Of a stretch of DNA of 64,000 bases, positions 19,857 to 28,002 are shown piece by piece (within the stretch, counting starts at the first letter, position 1; the number at the start of each line of letters is the position of its first letter). The DNA is from Candidatus Shapirobacteria bacterium (GTDB lineage: Bacteria; Patescibacteriota; Microgenomatia; UBA12405; BS750m-G30). Location: assembly GCA_043817235.1 (NCBI GenBank), contig JBDRHA010000011.1, positions 35,223-99,222 of the forward strand, read 5' to 3'. Position numbers and translations under genes: made by a program. Under the pieces are notes generated by a model. It was given only the letters and a program-made list of their open reading frames with translations, did no database searches and was not told the DNA's origin.

Positions 19857-19871
19857 AACGGAGCGTGGCGC
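19857..19871 (+). repeat. 15-nt direct repeat AACGGAGCGTGGCGC (copy 1), a duplicate of the tRNA-Pro 5' end, followed by a GC-rich hairpin (19872-19911)
   Basis: Identical to 20161-20175. It is followed by CGCGCCCGC...GCGGGCGGG and then AATTGGCAAGC, which resembles the tRNA D-loop AATTGGCTAGC. Confidence 0.7.
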
Positions 19872-19925
19872 CGCGCCCGCTAACGCCTGAGCGTAGCGAT
19901 GGCGGGCGGGTAATTGGCAAGCACT

Positions 19926-20162
19926 ATGTATATTACCTATGTTTTAAAAAGTAAAAAAGATAATAAGTTATACATCGGATACACTAAGAATATAGAAGCA
20001 AGACTAGAAGAACACAATCACGGATTGGTCAATGCAACGAAAAATAGAAGGCCGTTCGAAGTAGTTTATTTCGAAGCATGCAGAAACAAACATAAAGCTT
20101 TACAAAGAGAAAAATATTTTAAAACAGGTTTTGGAAGAAGATTTTTGAAAACAAGAATTTAA
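19926..20162 (+). CDS. small GIY-YIG nuclease family protein (COG2827-like)
   Basis: MYITYVLKSKKDNKLYIGYTKNIEARLEEHNHG is a GIY-YIG/URI domain. Start set at ATG 19926 (the ORF track begins at TTG 19914). Confidence 0.7.
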   Translation: MYITYVLKSKKDNKLYIGYTKNIEARLEEHNHGLVNATKNRRPFEVVYFEACRNKHKALQREKYFKTGFGRRFLKTRI

Positions 20163-20175
20163 CGGAGCGTGGCGC
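20161..20175 (+). repeat. 15-nt direct repeat copy 2 (overlaps the GIY-YIG stop codon and the tRNA-Pro 5' end)
   Basis: Exact match to 19857-19871; the two copies are 304 bp apart. Confidence 0.7.
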
Positions 20176-20236
20176 AATTGGCTAGCGCGTTCGGATGGGG
20201 TCCGAAAGGCTGCGGGTTCAAATCCCGCCGCTCCGA
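20163..20236 (+). tRNA. tRNA-Pro (anticodon GGG), CCA not encoded
   Basis: Hand fold: acceptor CGGAGCG/CGCUCCG with the C1-G72 pair typical of tRNA-Pro; D-stem GCGC/GCGC; anticodon stem UUCGG/CCGAA; loop AUGGGGU (U33, G37); T-arm GCGGG-UUCAAAU-CCCGC; discriminator A. Confidence 0.75.
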
Positions 20237-20263
20237 CACATGTTTTAAGATATATAATAAGTT

Positions 20264-22135
20264 ATGGATCAAACTGAAGGACAACCTAAGTTCGAGATTC
20301 AAGCAGTAATTGAACAAAAACCATTTGCAGCCAGAACCGCAAGGTCTTTTTTTAGCAAATGGTGCGAAATAAATAGCTCTATTCAGCCAGAATTTATTGA
20401 CCGAGAGACGTGGGAAGCAAGAAACCAAGAAGGCATCTTGGAAGAAAGATCGGGCGGAAAACAGGTTCTTTTTATTCCTAAAGATTTACATCTTTGGGAA
20501 ATGATCGGGGTAATGGAAGCCATAGACAACTCTACCTTCGCCGCAAAACTGGAAAGACGAACTGAAGCAAAAGAGAAATTATTAAAGCTTGGAAAAAATT
20601 TTCAAGATGCCGGGGCTTACATTGCCCAACGATTAGGCGGAATTAACGAAGGCAAGGGCATAGCAGAGGCACTTGCTCTGGAATTCTATGGCTATGGACA
20701 GTCTCTAATCTCAGGAAAAAAACCAAAAGATGCTTCTAGTATAGAAGAAATTGCCGCAAGAGAACTCACACCGGAAGAACTAGAGGCAACTGATCGCTTT
20801 CTGACTGGAGAAAGTCTTTATAAATCTCGACAAAAAAGAGCTAAGAACAATCTTGAAAAAGAGCGGCAAAAAACTCTGGCCCAGTTTTTCCGTCTAGCCG
20901 AGAAAGCTTTTACTCTTACCAAGAGAAGCGAACTCCACAAGCCCAGCACAAGGTTAAAACCATGGCAGAGTGACGCACCAATCCATGCTGTATTTCTCGA
21001 AAGAGTGGAAAAAGCAGTAACTCAAAAGATCAAAACTCCCGAAAGAGAGCTCACGGCCGCAGTTTTTCGGCGCGGCCTAGAGAGACTGGCGAGTGAAATG
21101 AGAGAAACCACTGACATGCACGACGAAAGGACCGGAGAAATCACGCCAGGATGGAAAAGAGCTTTAAATAAGTTTCTTGTCAATATTGGGCTTGATCCAA
21201 TCATTGAGCAAAAAAGATTAATGGAAGTGCTCGAGATTCCGAAACTAAGAAACGAATTGAAAGATATCCACCGCTCAGGAGACTCTGTCCAAATAAGCAC
21301 TAAAGAGCGGGAAATTGCTGATAAAATCCAACGAGCAGTATCTGATTTTCCTTATCAAGAGTTTGCAAATAGTCCAGCGAAAATGATCGCTAAAAAATAC
21401 GTCAATTGCGTAGGAGCATCAATGCTGGGAGGCGCTTTAATGAAGGAAGTCGGGTTAAGGTACTTAGTCGCAGATGCGCCCGACCATTCCGTAATCCTTC
21501 TTATAACCAATGACGGAGAAGTTGAATTGCGAGACATGGGAAGGGTTTCAGGAAATGTAAAGTTAAAAGATGAAATGATTAAAAAGCAAAAAGAAGATGG
21601 CAGTCTTCTTGCCGTAAAAGACATTGTGGCCTTCAGCCTTAACCCTTCGCCTAAAGGGTTAAGGTTTGATGTTATCAGCCCGGTTTATCGTATTATTTTC
21701 CCCTGGGTGCAAGCAATTGATCGGCCATATTTGACTGTATTCGGGCCTGAACACGGAGAACAAGCTCAGGTATTAGGAAATACTGCTAACACTTTTTGGT
21801 CCATACTTAATTTCGAAAAAAGCACTGAAGGTTATCGTCGGGTTATAGCAACTGATCCGAATAAAAGTACGGTATATTTTAATTTGGGTCTTGCTTTTTA
21901 CGCTCACAGTCGGGAGAAAGAAGCAATAAAATTTTTTCGGCAAGCATTAGTTATTAATCCCAAGTTTGCAGATGCTTACTATGAACTAGCCCAGGTCTTC
22001 CAATCTTATAAGCGCTATCAGGAAGCAGCTGAAACATACCGGGAATTTATTGGTCTAGCAGATGAAAATAGAGATAAAAGAAAAATAAAAAGAGCTAAGC
22101 GAATGATTGCTAAATTAGCAAAAAGATCTAATTAA
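20264..22135 (+). CDS. hypothetical 623-aa protein: transglutaminase-like Cys-His-Asp core plus C-terminal TPR repeats
   Basis: KYVNCVGASMLGGALMKEVGLRYLVADAPDHSVILLITNDGEVELRD resembles the C...H...D core of transglutaminase-like peptidases (inference). The C-terminal YFNLGLAFYAHSREKEAIKFFRQALVINPKFADAYYELAQVF are TPR repeats. Confidence 0.5.
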   Translation: MDQTEGQPKFEIQAVIEQKPFAARTARSFFSKWCEINSSIQPEFIDRETWEARNQEGILEERSGGKQVLFIPKDLHLWEMIGVMEAIDNSTFAAKLERRTEAKEKLLKLGKNFQDAGAYIAQRLGGINEGKGIAEALALEFYGYGQSLISGKKPKDASSIEEIAARELTPEELEATDRFLTGESLYKSRQKRAKNNLEKERQKTLAQFFRLAEKAFTLTKRSELHKPSTRLKPWQSDAPIHAVFLERVEKAVTQKIKTPERELTAAVFRRGLERLASEMRETTDMHDERTGEITPGWKRALNKFLVNIGLDPIIEQKRLMEVLEIPKLRNELKDIHRSGDSVQISTKEREIADKIQRAVSDFPYQEFANSPAKMIAKKYVNCVGASMLGGALMKEVGLRYLVADAPDHSVILLITNDGEVELRDMGRVSGNVKLKDEMIKKQKEDGSLLAVKDIVAFSLNPSPKGLRFDVISPVYRIIFPWVQAIDRPYLTVFGPEHGEQAQVLGNTANTFWSILNFEKSTEGYRRVIATDPNKSTVYFNLGLAFYAHSREKEAIKFFRQALVINPKFADAYYELAQVFQSYKRYQEAAETYREFIGLADENRDKRKIKRAKRMIAKLAKRSN

Positions 22136-22875
22136 GCCAACTGGATATAGGTAATATTTCTATCCCCAAAATAGGATACTAGAGAATCTTTGTCGTGAGA
22201 AACAGAAGTAAAATCAATCCCAGTACATTTATTCTCAACCAATGCTTGTTTCGCTTTATCGTTTACATAAAACCCAATCGGGTTGACTACGGTTGGAGAA
22301 AAAAACAAATCCAAGTCTTTATATAGTCCCGATTTTATAGCTAAGATTTCCGCCCAAACTTGGGTAACCTCTTTGGTATTCAAACTTTCTTTATCGGCTC
22401 TCATCACTTCTTTTGCCGAATTTAAATTTAATTGTTTTAACTTTTTTTTCGATATTACTTCAATCAGCCAAAATTTAGATTTTTTAAAGTCAATTTGTTT
22501 TAAATGCTCCTTTTGCTCGATAACCTGAAAGGCATTATAGCCGCCAATCTTTTTTCCCCTCTGTTTTAAGATAACCGAATGAATCTGATAAGGTGGTAAT
22601 TTTAAACCTAAAAAAATCTTTAGTAGTTTGTTACTAACAACTAAAACAGAGGGATTAAGAGGCACACAGCTAATAAGATCAGTTAAAGTTGCCCCGTCTA
22701 TTACCTCCAAATAGTTAAAATTTGGCTTAAGGTTAGGAAATTTAATCTGATTAAGTTTATAAACTGAATCAGGTGCGTTTTTATCGTAGTCCGGACTCAT
22801 TTTTCGGCATTGAGGATAGGGAGCCCTGCCAATTCCGGTTAATGAATGCTTTAGCAAATAGATCGCTGACTTCAT
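22132..22875 (-). CDS. hypothetical protein (247 aa)
   Basis: Long ORF with a complex composition, convergent with the TPR gene and overlapping it by 4 nt. No recognisable family. Confidence 0.45.
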   Translation of the reverse strand: MKSAIYLLKHSLTGIGRAPYPQCRKMSPDYDKNAPDSVYKLNQIKFPNLKPNFNYLEVIDGATLTDLISCVPLNPSVLVVSNKLLKIFLGLKLPPYQIHSVILKQRGKKIGGYNAFQVIEQKEHLKQIDFKKSKFWLIEVISKKKLKQLNLNSAKEVMRADKESLNTKEVTQVWAEILAIKSGLYKDLDLFFSPTVVNPIGFYVNDKAKQALVENKCTGIDFTSVSHDKDSLVSYFGDRNITYIQLA

Positions 22876-22927
22876 AGCCTAATTTTCCCAAAACCTAACT
22901 GCCCTTGTCAATTATCAAACTAAAGCT

Positions 22928-22953
22928 TATCTCTTCAGAGATTGCTTTTTCCC
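22928..22953 (+). repeat. copy (a) of the rpsI 3'-end sequence (att-like core)
   Basis: TATCTCTTCAGAGATTGCTTTTTCCC. The minus strand reads GKKQSLKR-stop, against rpsI KKKQSPKR-stop, and matches 28003-28030 at 24 of 28 positions. Confidence 0.65.
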
Positions 22954-22990
22954 TTTTCAAAAAAACTCTGATTTTGATAAAATTAACTGA

Positions 22991-23936
22991 ATGAAAAAAA
23001 TTTTATTAATTGATGCTGACGGCATAGTAATTGAGCCACGCGATAGGTATTTTAGCGAAAAGTTTTCTGAAGAATATAATGTTCCTCTTGAAAAAATTCT
23101 TCCATTTTTTAAAAACGAGTATAAAAAGGCATCTTTAGGAAAGATTGATCTAAGAAAAGCCTTACCGGCTTACCTCAAAAGGTGGGGGCTGGAAAAAAAG
23201 CGTGAATGACTTTCTTGAATACTGGTTTGAGAGTGAAAAGAAAGTAGACAAACAAATAATAAGCCTGGTAGATAATTTAAGAAAAAGAGGCATTAAGTGC
23301 TATCTTGTTTCTGATAACGAAAAAAGAAGAACAGAGTATTTATGGGACAATTTAAATTTAAAAAATCATTTTGATGGTGCTTTTTCCTCCTCTGCCTCAG
23401 GGGTCACAAAATCGGAAAAATCCTTTTTCCAAAAAATATTAACCAAGTTATCAGCGACACCCTCTGAAATAATTTACTGGGACGATGATCTTAAAAACGT
23501 TAAGACTGGAAAAGCAGCAGGGATAGAATCTTATTTTTACAAAGATTTTGGGGAATTTATTAGAAGGTTAGACAAAGTATTACCTAAAGTAATGAAAAAA
23601 GTTATGGCCTTCAATAGTGATGATTTTTATTGCGATCTAGTTTTTAGCAAGAAAATTAAAGTGAAAATTGTTAAAGAAACAAAAGAACTATTAGCTTTTT
23701 ATCATACTCGGCCAAGCTGGTCGACTCATATCGTAATTGTCCCCAAAAAACATATTGCTAAACTTACAGACGTAAAAGACATGAATCTGATTAAAGAAAT
23801 TTTTTCTATTGCTAAAGAAATTATTATCGAAAATGATTGGGATAATAAAAACTTCAAAATAATTTCGAATGGCGGAACTTTTCAAGATTCCGAACATCTT
23901 CATTTTCATCTCGTTTCCGGAAAGAAAATAAGATAG
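22991..23936 (+). CDS. HAD-IA hydrolase fused to a HIT-family hydrolase, split by a frameshift near 23202
   Basis: ORF1 carries HAD motif I (LLIDADGIV). ORF2 carries HAD motifs II-IV (YLVSDN, K, WDDD) and then a HIT domain with the histidine triad HLHFHLV. The two ORFs overlap by 8 nt at GGAAAAAAAGCG. The second frame is open from about 23150, so a 1-nt indel would fuse them. Confidence 0.5.
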
Positions 23937-23963
23937 ATCAGAGGAGATTGCTTTTTCTTTCTA
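23937..23963 (+). repeat. copy (b) of the rpsI 3'-end sequence (att-like core, degenerate)
   Basis: ATCAGAGGAGATTGCTTTTTCTTTC. The minus strand reads KKKQSP.., and GGAGAtTGCTTTTTCTT matches the rpsI end. Confidence 0.55.
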
Positions 23964-23991
23964 TTACTATTAACAATAACTTTTGTTAAAA

Positions 23992-23997
23992 TTGACA
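23992..23997 (+). promoter_or_regulatory. TTGACA -35-like box upstream of the dinD-like gene
   Basis: AATTGACA lies about 30 nt downstream of repeat (b). No canonical -10 at 17-nt spacing. Confidence 0.2.
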
Positions 23998-24043
23998 GGT
24001 GAAAATTACCTAAGCTTTGGAGGAGTTATTTCGAAACGATTTA

Positions 24044-24886
24044 ATGAAAAAATCAAATTCGATCATCTTATTCAAACAGAAAAAAATTCGTCGCACTTGG
24101 GACGAACAAAAGGAACTATGGTATTTCTCGATTGTTGATGTTGTTGGTATATTGACTGGTAGCCCAAGACCACGAAAATACTGGAATGCTCTTAAAACAA
24201 AGCTAAAAGAGGAAGGAAGTGAGTTGCCCCAAAAAGTGGGACAACTGAAATTAAAATCATCTGACGGAAAAAAATATTTTACAGATGTCGCTGTTGTAGA
24301 AACTCTTTTAAGACTGATTCAATCAATTCCATCGCCTAAAGCTGAGCCATTTAAGGTATGACTGGCTAAAGTGGGTTATGAAAGAATTGAAGAGACCGAA
24401 GATCCTGAGCGTGCAATAGATAGAGCGATGAAAACTTATTTGCAAAAAGGATACTCAAAAGAATGGATAAATCAGCGATTAAAAAGCATTGAAGTCAGAA
24501 AAGAACTTACCGATGAATGGCAAGACAGAAAGATGAAAGAGGGACTGGAATGCGCAATATTGACAGATGAAATTACAAAAGCTTGGGCTGACAAAAGCGT
24601 TAGAACTTATAAAAAGTTCAAGGGCCTAAAAAGAGAAAATCTGCGGGATAATATGACAAATTTGGAGTTGATTCTCAATATGCTGGCAGAGGCCCCTACA
24701 ACGGAAATATCTAAAAAGCAACTGCCGAGGGGGCAAAAATAAAAATGATCAGTAGCCCGCAAAGGTGGCTGCGCAGCCAAGAAAGCAAGACTTGAAATTG
24801 AAAAACAAACTGGAGAAAAAGTTGTTAGCCCTAAAAATGCTAAACGTTTACACGGGAAAGAATCAAAGAAATTACCAACAAACTAA
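24044..24886 (+). pseudogene. DNA-damage-inducible protein D (DinD)-like gene with three in-frame stop codons
   Basis: A single frame encodes a DinD-like N-terminus (TWDEQKELWYFSIVDVVGIL...). After TGA at 24359-24361 comes ..YSKEWINQRLKSIEVRKELTDEW..LKGLKRENLRDNMTNLELI..EAPTTEI, and after TAA 24740 and TGA 24746 comes ..ARKGGCAAKKARLEIEKQTGEKVVSPKNAK. There are no frameshifts. ORF-track pieces are 24017..24361 and 24371..24742. Confidence 0.6.
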
Positions 24887-24912
24887 TTTACCTCTTCGGA
24901 GATTTTTTTAAT
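24887..24912 (+). repeat. copy (c) of the rpsI 3'-end sequence (att-like core)
   Basis: AATTTACCTCTTCGGAGATTTTTTTA. TTACCTCTTCGGAGA is identical to the rpsI end, and the minus strand reads ..KSPKR-stop. Confidence 0.6.
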
Positions 24913-24919
24913 AGACTAA

Positions 24920-24948
24920 TTGACAAAATTTTACAGGAAAGATAAACT
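24920..24948 (+). promoter_or_regulatory. sigma70-like promoter TTGACA-N17-TAAACT upstream of the DUF3160-like gene
   Basis: TTGACA at 24920-24925, a 17-nt spacer, TAAACT at 24943-24948, and ATG at 24963. Confidence 0.4.
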
Positions 24949-24962
24949 GGGTTCATACCTCT

Positions 24963-27287
24963 ATGACTATGGAAGATCAAAATTATAATCAGATTGTGCC
25001 GGAAAATCTTCAAACCGCGCCACCCATTGTTCCTAAACCAAAAAACAAGAAAAAGTTTTTTATAGTTTCAGGAATTTTAGGAACTCTAATAATTACTTTT
25101 CTAGCCTTTTACTTGGGGCAGTTAAGCCGGGAAACATTAAAGGAAGCCCCTCAAAACACTAATAATCCAGCTTCTATTTTGACTGCTAATTTCGCTACCT
25201 ATGAAGAAATACCGGTAAACATCAACCCGAAAATCCCGCCTTATTCGGTCAGCCAAGACCTGAGCAATGTTTTAAATGCAGAAGATTTTACTTTTTCTTC
25301 AGAAGTGAAAGATTTATTAGTAAAAAACGCCTTTGCTGTAAGACCAGCTCACAACGACGAGTTTTTCTCGCTTTACGAGTCAAATCGCTATAACTACACA
25401 CCGAATTTCATTACTACTGATTCCATGATCCATAATTACCACTTGATGTTCGATTTCTTGCTAAAACAGCTTGAGGAGCAAAAACTTGCAGATGAGCTAA
25501 AACAGTTAAGCGCGAATATGCTTTCTGAGTCATTAAGTCAACATAGTAGTTTGAAAGGAACAGAATGGGAAAATGCCGCGAAAAGGAATGTCGGATTTTT
25601 CACTGTCGGCAGTAAACTTCTGGACCCATCGCTAGCCGTTCCTTCCCTTGTCACAAATGAGGTAAACCAAGAACTAACTCTTATCGAAGCTCATCAGAAC
25701 ATAGAGAAGTCGCCTGTAATGAGTATTGGCAGCGCCAATAATACTATGATCGATACCCCGCAAGGACTACAATCACTAGAGGCGCTAAAAGAAGATTATT
25801 CCCAATATATACCTCGTGGACATTATGACAAAACAGAACAGCTAAAAGCCTATTTTAAGTCAATGATGTGGTATGGACGTCTAACTTTCAGAATGAAAAA
25901 TGATGATGAAATAAAATCAGCCTTACTTATCACTTTGGCTCTCAGCAAAGAGGACAATCAAAACAGCTGGAATAAGATTTACGAGCCGGTGAATTTCTTT
26001 GTGGGCAAGAGCGATGACATTACGTATTATCAATTAAAGGATTTAGTAGAAAAAGTTTACGGTACGAATGCGACAATTCAATTGGTAGCAAATGATAAAA
26101 ATAAACTTGCCTCTTTCATTGACGAAACTAAAAATTTGGAACCACCGCAAATAAATTCCATACCCATTTTTGAAGCTTCAATCCAAGCCGATAGAGAAAA
26201 AGAAATTAAGGGGTTTCGCTTTATGGGGCAAAGATTCACTATCGATGCTTCTATCTTTCAACGACTAGTTTATCGGGAAGTTGGCGATAAAACTAAATCT
26301 TGTCAAGAATTTAAACCAAACGAAACAGGCTGCCTGCAAGGAGCGCGGTGTCTTCCTAAAGGGCTAGATATCCCTGCGACTCTAGGATCAAACGAGGCTA
26401 AAAATACATTGAAAGGATTAGGTGAAACCAGCTATTCTTGCTACTCGGAAAACATGGCCAAAATGAACGAGTACATTACCAGTCTTAATACAGAGACCTG
26501 GACTCAAAACTTATATTGGGGTTGGCTATATCAACTTCGCCCGCTCCTTGATGAAAAATTGAGCGGTTATCCAAGTTTTATGCAAAACACCGCCTGGCTA
26601 AGAAAAGATCTCAGCGCGTTTTTGGGGAGTTGGACAGAATTGAAGCATGATACCATACTTTACGCAAAACAAGTTTATGCCGAGTTTGGCGGAGGCCTTA
26701 TCGAAGAAAAAGACGATCGCGGTTATGTTGAGCCGAATCCTTTTGTTTACGCGCGTCTTGCTTCACTTCTGAGAATGACAAGCGAAGGACTAGAAATACG
26801 AGGATTATTAACAACAAGCATGAAAGATAATTTAAGCAAATTGGAACAATTAGCAGTGTCGCTCAAAATAATATCGGAAAAAGAATTGAATAATGAAGAA
26901 TTAACTAACGAAGAATACGAGCTTATTCGCTCGTATGGTGGGCAATTAGAGCATTTTTGGCTGGAAGTTAACAAAGATGAAGCAACCTTCAAAGAGTCTA
27001 CCAGTCAAGAAGACTACCTAAACGAGAATCCGGCTGCCATTGTGGCGGATGTTGCTACTGACCCGAATGGAAGAGTACTAGAAGAGGGCACTGGTAATAT
27101 TTTTGAGATCTTTGTCGTAATTCCGATTGATGGTAAATTAAGAATTGCCAAAGGCGGTGTTTATTCCTACTACGAGTTTACTTGGCCTCTCTCAGAGAGA
27201 CTAACTGACAAGAAATGGCGAGAAATAATTGACTCCGACCAAACCCCCCAGCTACCGGAATGGACTAATAATTATATAGCCCAGTAG
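24963..27287 (+). CDS. large membrane-anchored extracytoplasmic protein (DUF3160-like)
   Basis: 774 aa with an N-terminal TM helix and a large domain with conserved Cys pairs. It resembles DUF3160 proteins; family assignment from memory only. Confidence 0.45.
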   Translation: MTMEDQNYNQIVPENLQTAPPIVPKPKNKKKFFIVSGILGTLIITFLAFYLGQLSRETLKEAPQNTNNPASILTANFATYEEIPVNINPKIPPYSVSQDLSNVLNAEDFTFSSEVKDLLVKNAFAVRPAHNDEFFSLYESNRYNYTPNFITTDSMIHNYHLMFDFLLKQLEEQKLADELKQLSANMLSESLSQHSSLKGTEWENAAKRNVGFFTVGSKLLDPSLAVPSLVTNEVNQELTLIEAHQNIEKSPVMSIGSANNTMIDTPQGLQSLEALKEDYSQYIPRGHYDKTEQLKAYFKSMMWYGRLTFRMKNDDEIKSALLITLALSKEDNQNSWNKIYEPVNFFVGKSDDITYYQLKDLVEKVYGTNATIQLVANDKNKLASFIDETKNLEPPQINSIPIFEASIQADREKEIKGFRFMGQRFTIDASIFQRLVYREVGDKTKSCQEFKPNETGCLQGARCLPKGLDIPATLGSNEAKNTLKGLGETSYSCYSENMAKMNEYITSLNTETWTQNLYWGWLYQLRPLLDEKLSGYPSFMQNTAWLRKDLSAFLGSWTELKHDTILYAKQVYAEFGGGLIEEKDDRGYVEPNPFVYARLASLLRMTSEGLEIRGLLTTSMKDNLSKLEQLAVSLKIISEKELNNEELTNEEYELIRSYGGQLEHFWLEVNKDEATFKESTSQEDYLNENPAAIVADVATDPNGRVLEEGTGNIFEIFVVIPIDGKLRIAKGGVYSYYEFTWPLSERLTDKKWREIIDSDQTPQLPEWTNNYIAQ

Positions 27288-27316
27288 ACAAATTTATTAC
27301 CATTACGAAAAGATGG

Positions 27317-27997
27317 ATGCAAAGAAAAATCGCAGGGTCAATTTTATTATCTTTCGTTTTTGTTGCTATCCTTTGGGGTTGTAAGCACTATTACCGAAGG
27401 CATTTTCCCTACTCATCAGTTTATTTTGGCAATAGCATTGCTTCAAAAAAAGAAATGGCTGACCTGGATAATAATTCCAGTCCAGAGACTTATTGTCTTG
27501 AAAACGGACGTCTGACCATCAAGGAAAATACAAAAACTGTTTGGCAATCACCCCTTGAGTGGCAGATAGATGATTTTGTTATTGAAGATTCTAATAACGA
27601 TGGCGTCTTGGATATAAATTTATCTCTTTGGAAACCAGGAAATTTTGGCACATCAAGGCCATTTTGGGTTGAAGAAAACGACATGAGCGTAAAAAATCAT
27701 TTTTTCGTTTTAGATTTTATTAACGGTTCGACAAAACAAATTTGGGGCTCTTCTAGTCTCAGTGAGCCAAATTGCGAATTTCAAATCGCTGATATTGATA
27801 ATGATGGAAAAAATGATTTGATCGTAATCGAAGGAGACTATTCCCAAAAACCAGATTGTAACGGAAATTATCTTGCTGTTTGGAAATGGAACGGCTGGGG
27901 ATTTTCAAATGAGTGGCGAAGTGAAAAAGGAAATTTTTCTCACTTTGAGATTGAAAAAATTGATGAAAAAGAGTACATTATCGCAAATCCGCCATGA
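27317..27997 (+). CDS. secreted/membrane-anchored protein with FG-GAP/calcium-binding-like DxDxDG repeats
   Basis: N-terminal TM/signal; DSNNDGVLDINLSLW and DIDNDGKNDLIVIEGDY motifs. Confidence 0.45.
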   Translation: MQRKIAGSILLSFVFVAILWGCKHYYRRHFPYSSVYFGNSIASKKEMADLDNNSSPETYCLENGRLTIKENTKTVWQSPLEWQIDDFVIEDSNNDGVLDINLSLWKPGNFGTSRPFWVEENDMSVKNHFFVLDFINGSTKQIWGSSSLSEPNCEFQIADIDNDGKNDLIVIEGDYSQKPDCNGNYLAVWKWNGWGFSNEWRSEKGNFSHFEIEKIDEKEYIIANPP

Positions 27998-28002
27998 GAA
28001 AC

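Noticed and set aside
19857-20236. Group I or other intron within tRNA-Pro
   Set aside because: The insert is bounded by a perfect 15-nt direct repeat. A complete, colinear tRNA exists downstream of it. The position (5' acceptor and D-arm) is not an intron site. A direct repeat points to insertion, not splicing.
20159-20428. 89-aa minus-strand ORF
   Set aside because: It overlaps tRNA-Pro and the start of the 623-aa plus-strand gene, has low-complexity composition and no support.
24359-24748. Alternative genetic code (UGA recoded, as in Gracilibacteria/SR1) as an explanation for the in-frame TGAs in the dinD-like gene
   Set aside because: Housekeeping genes here terminate with TGA (secD at 8580-8582, for example) and contain no internal TGA. 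One of the three interrupting codons is TAA. Pseudogenisation is more parsimonious.
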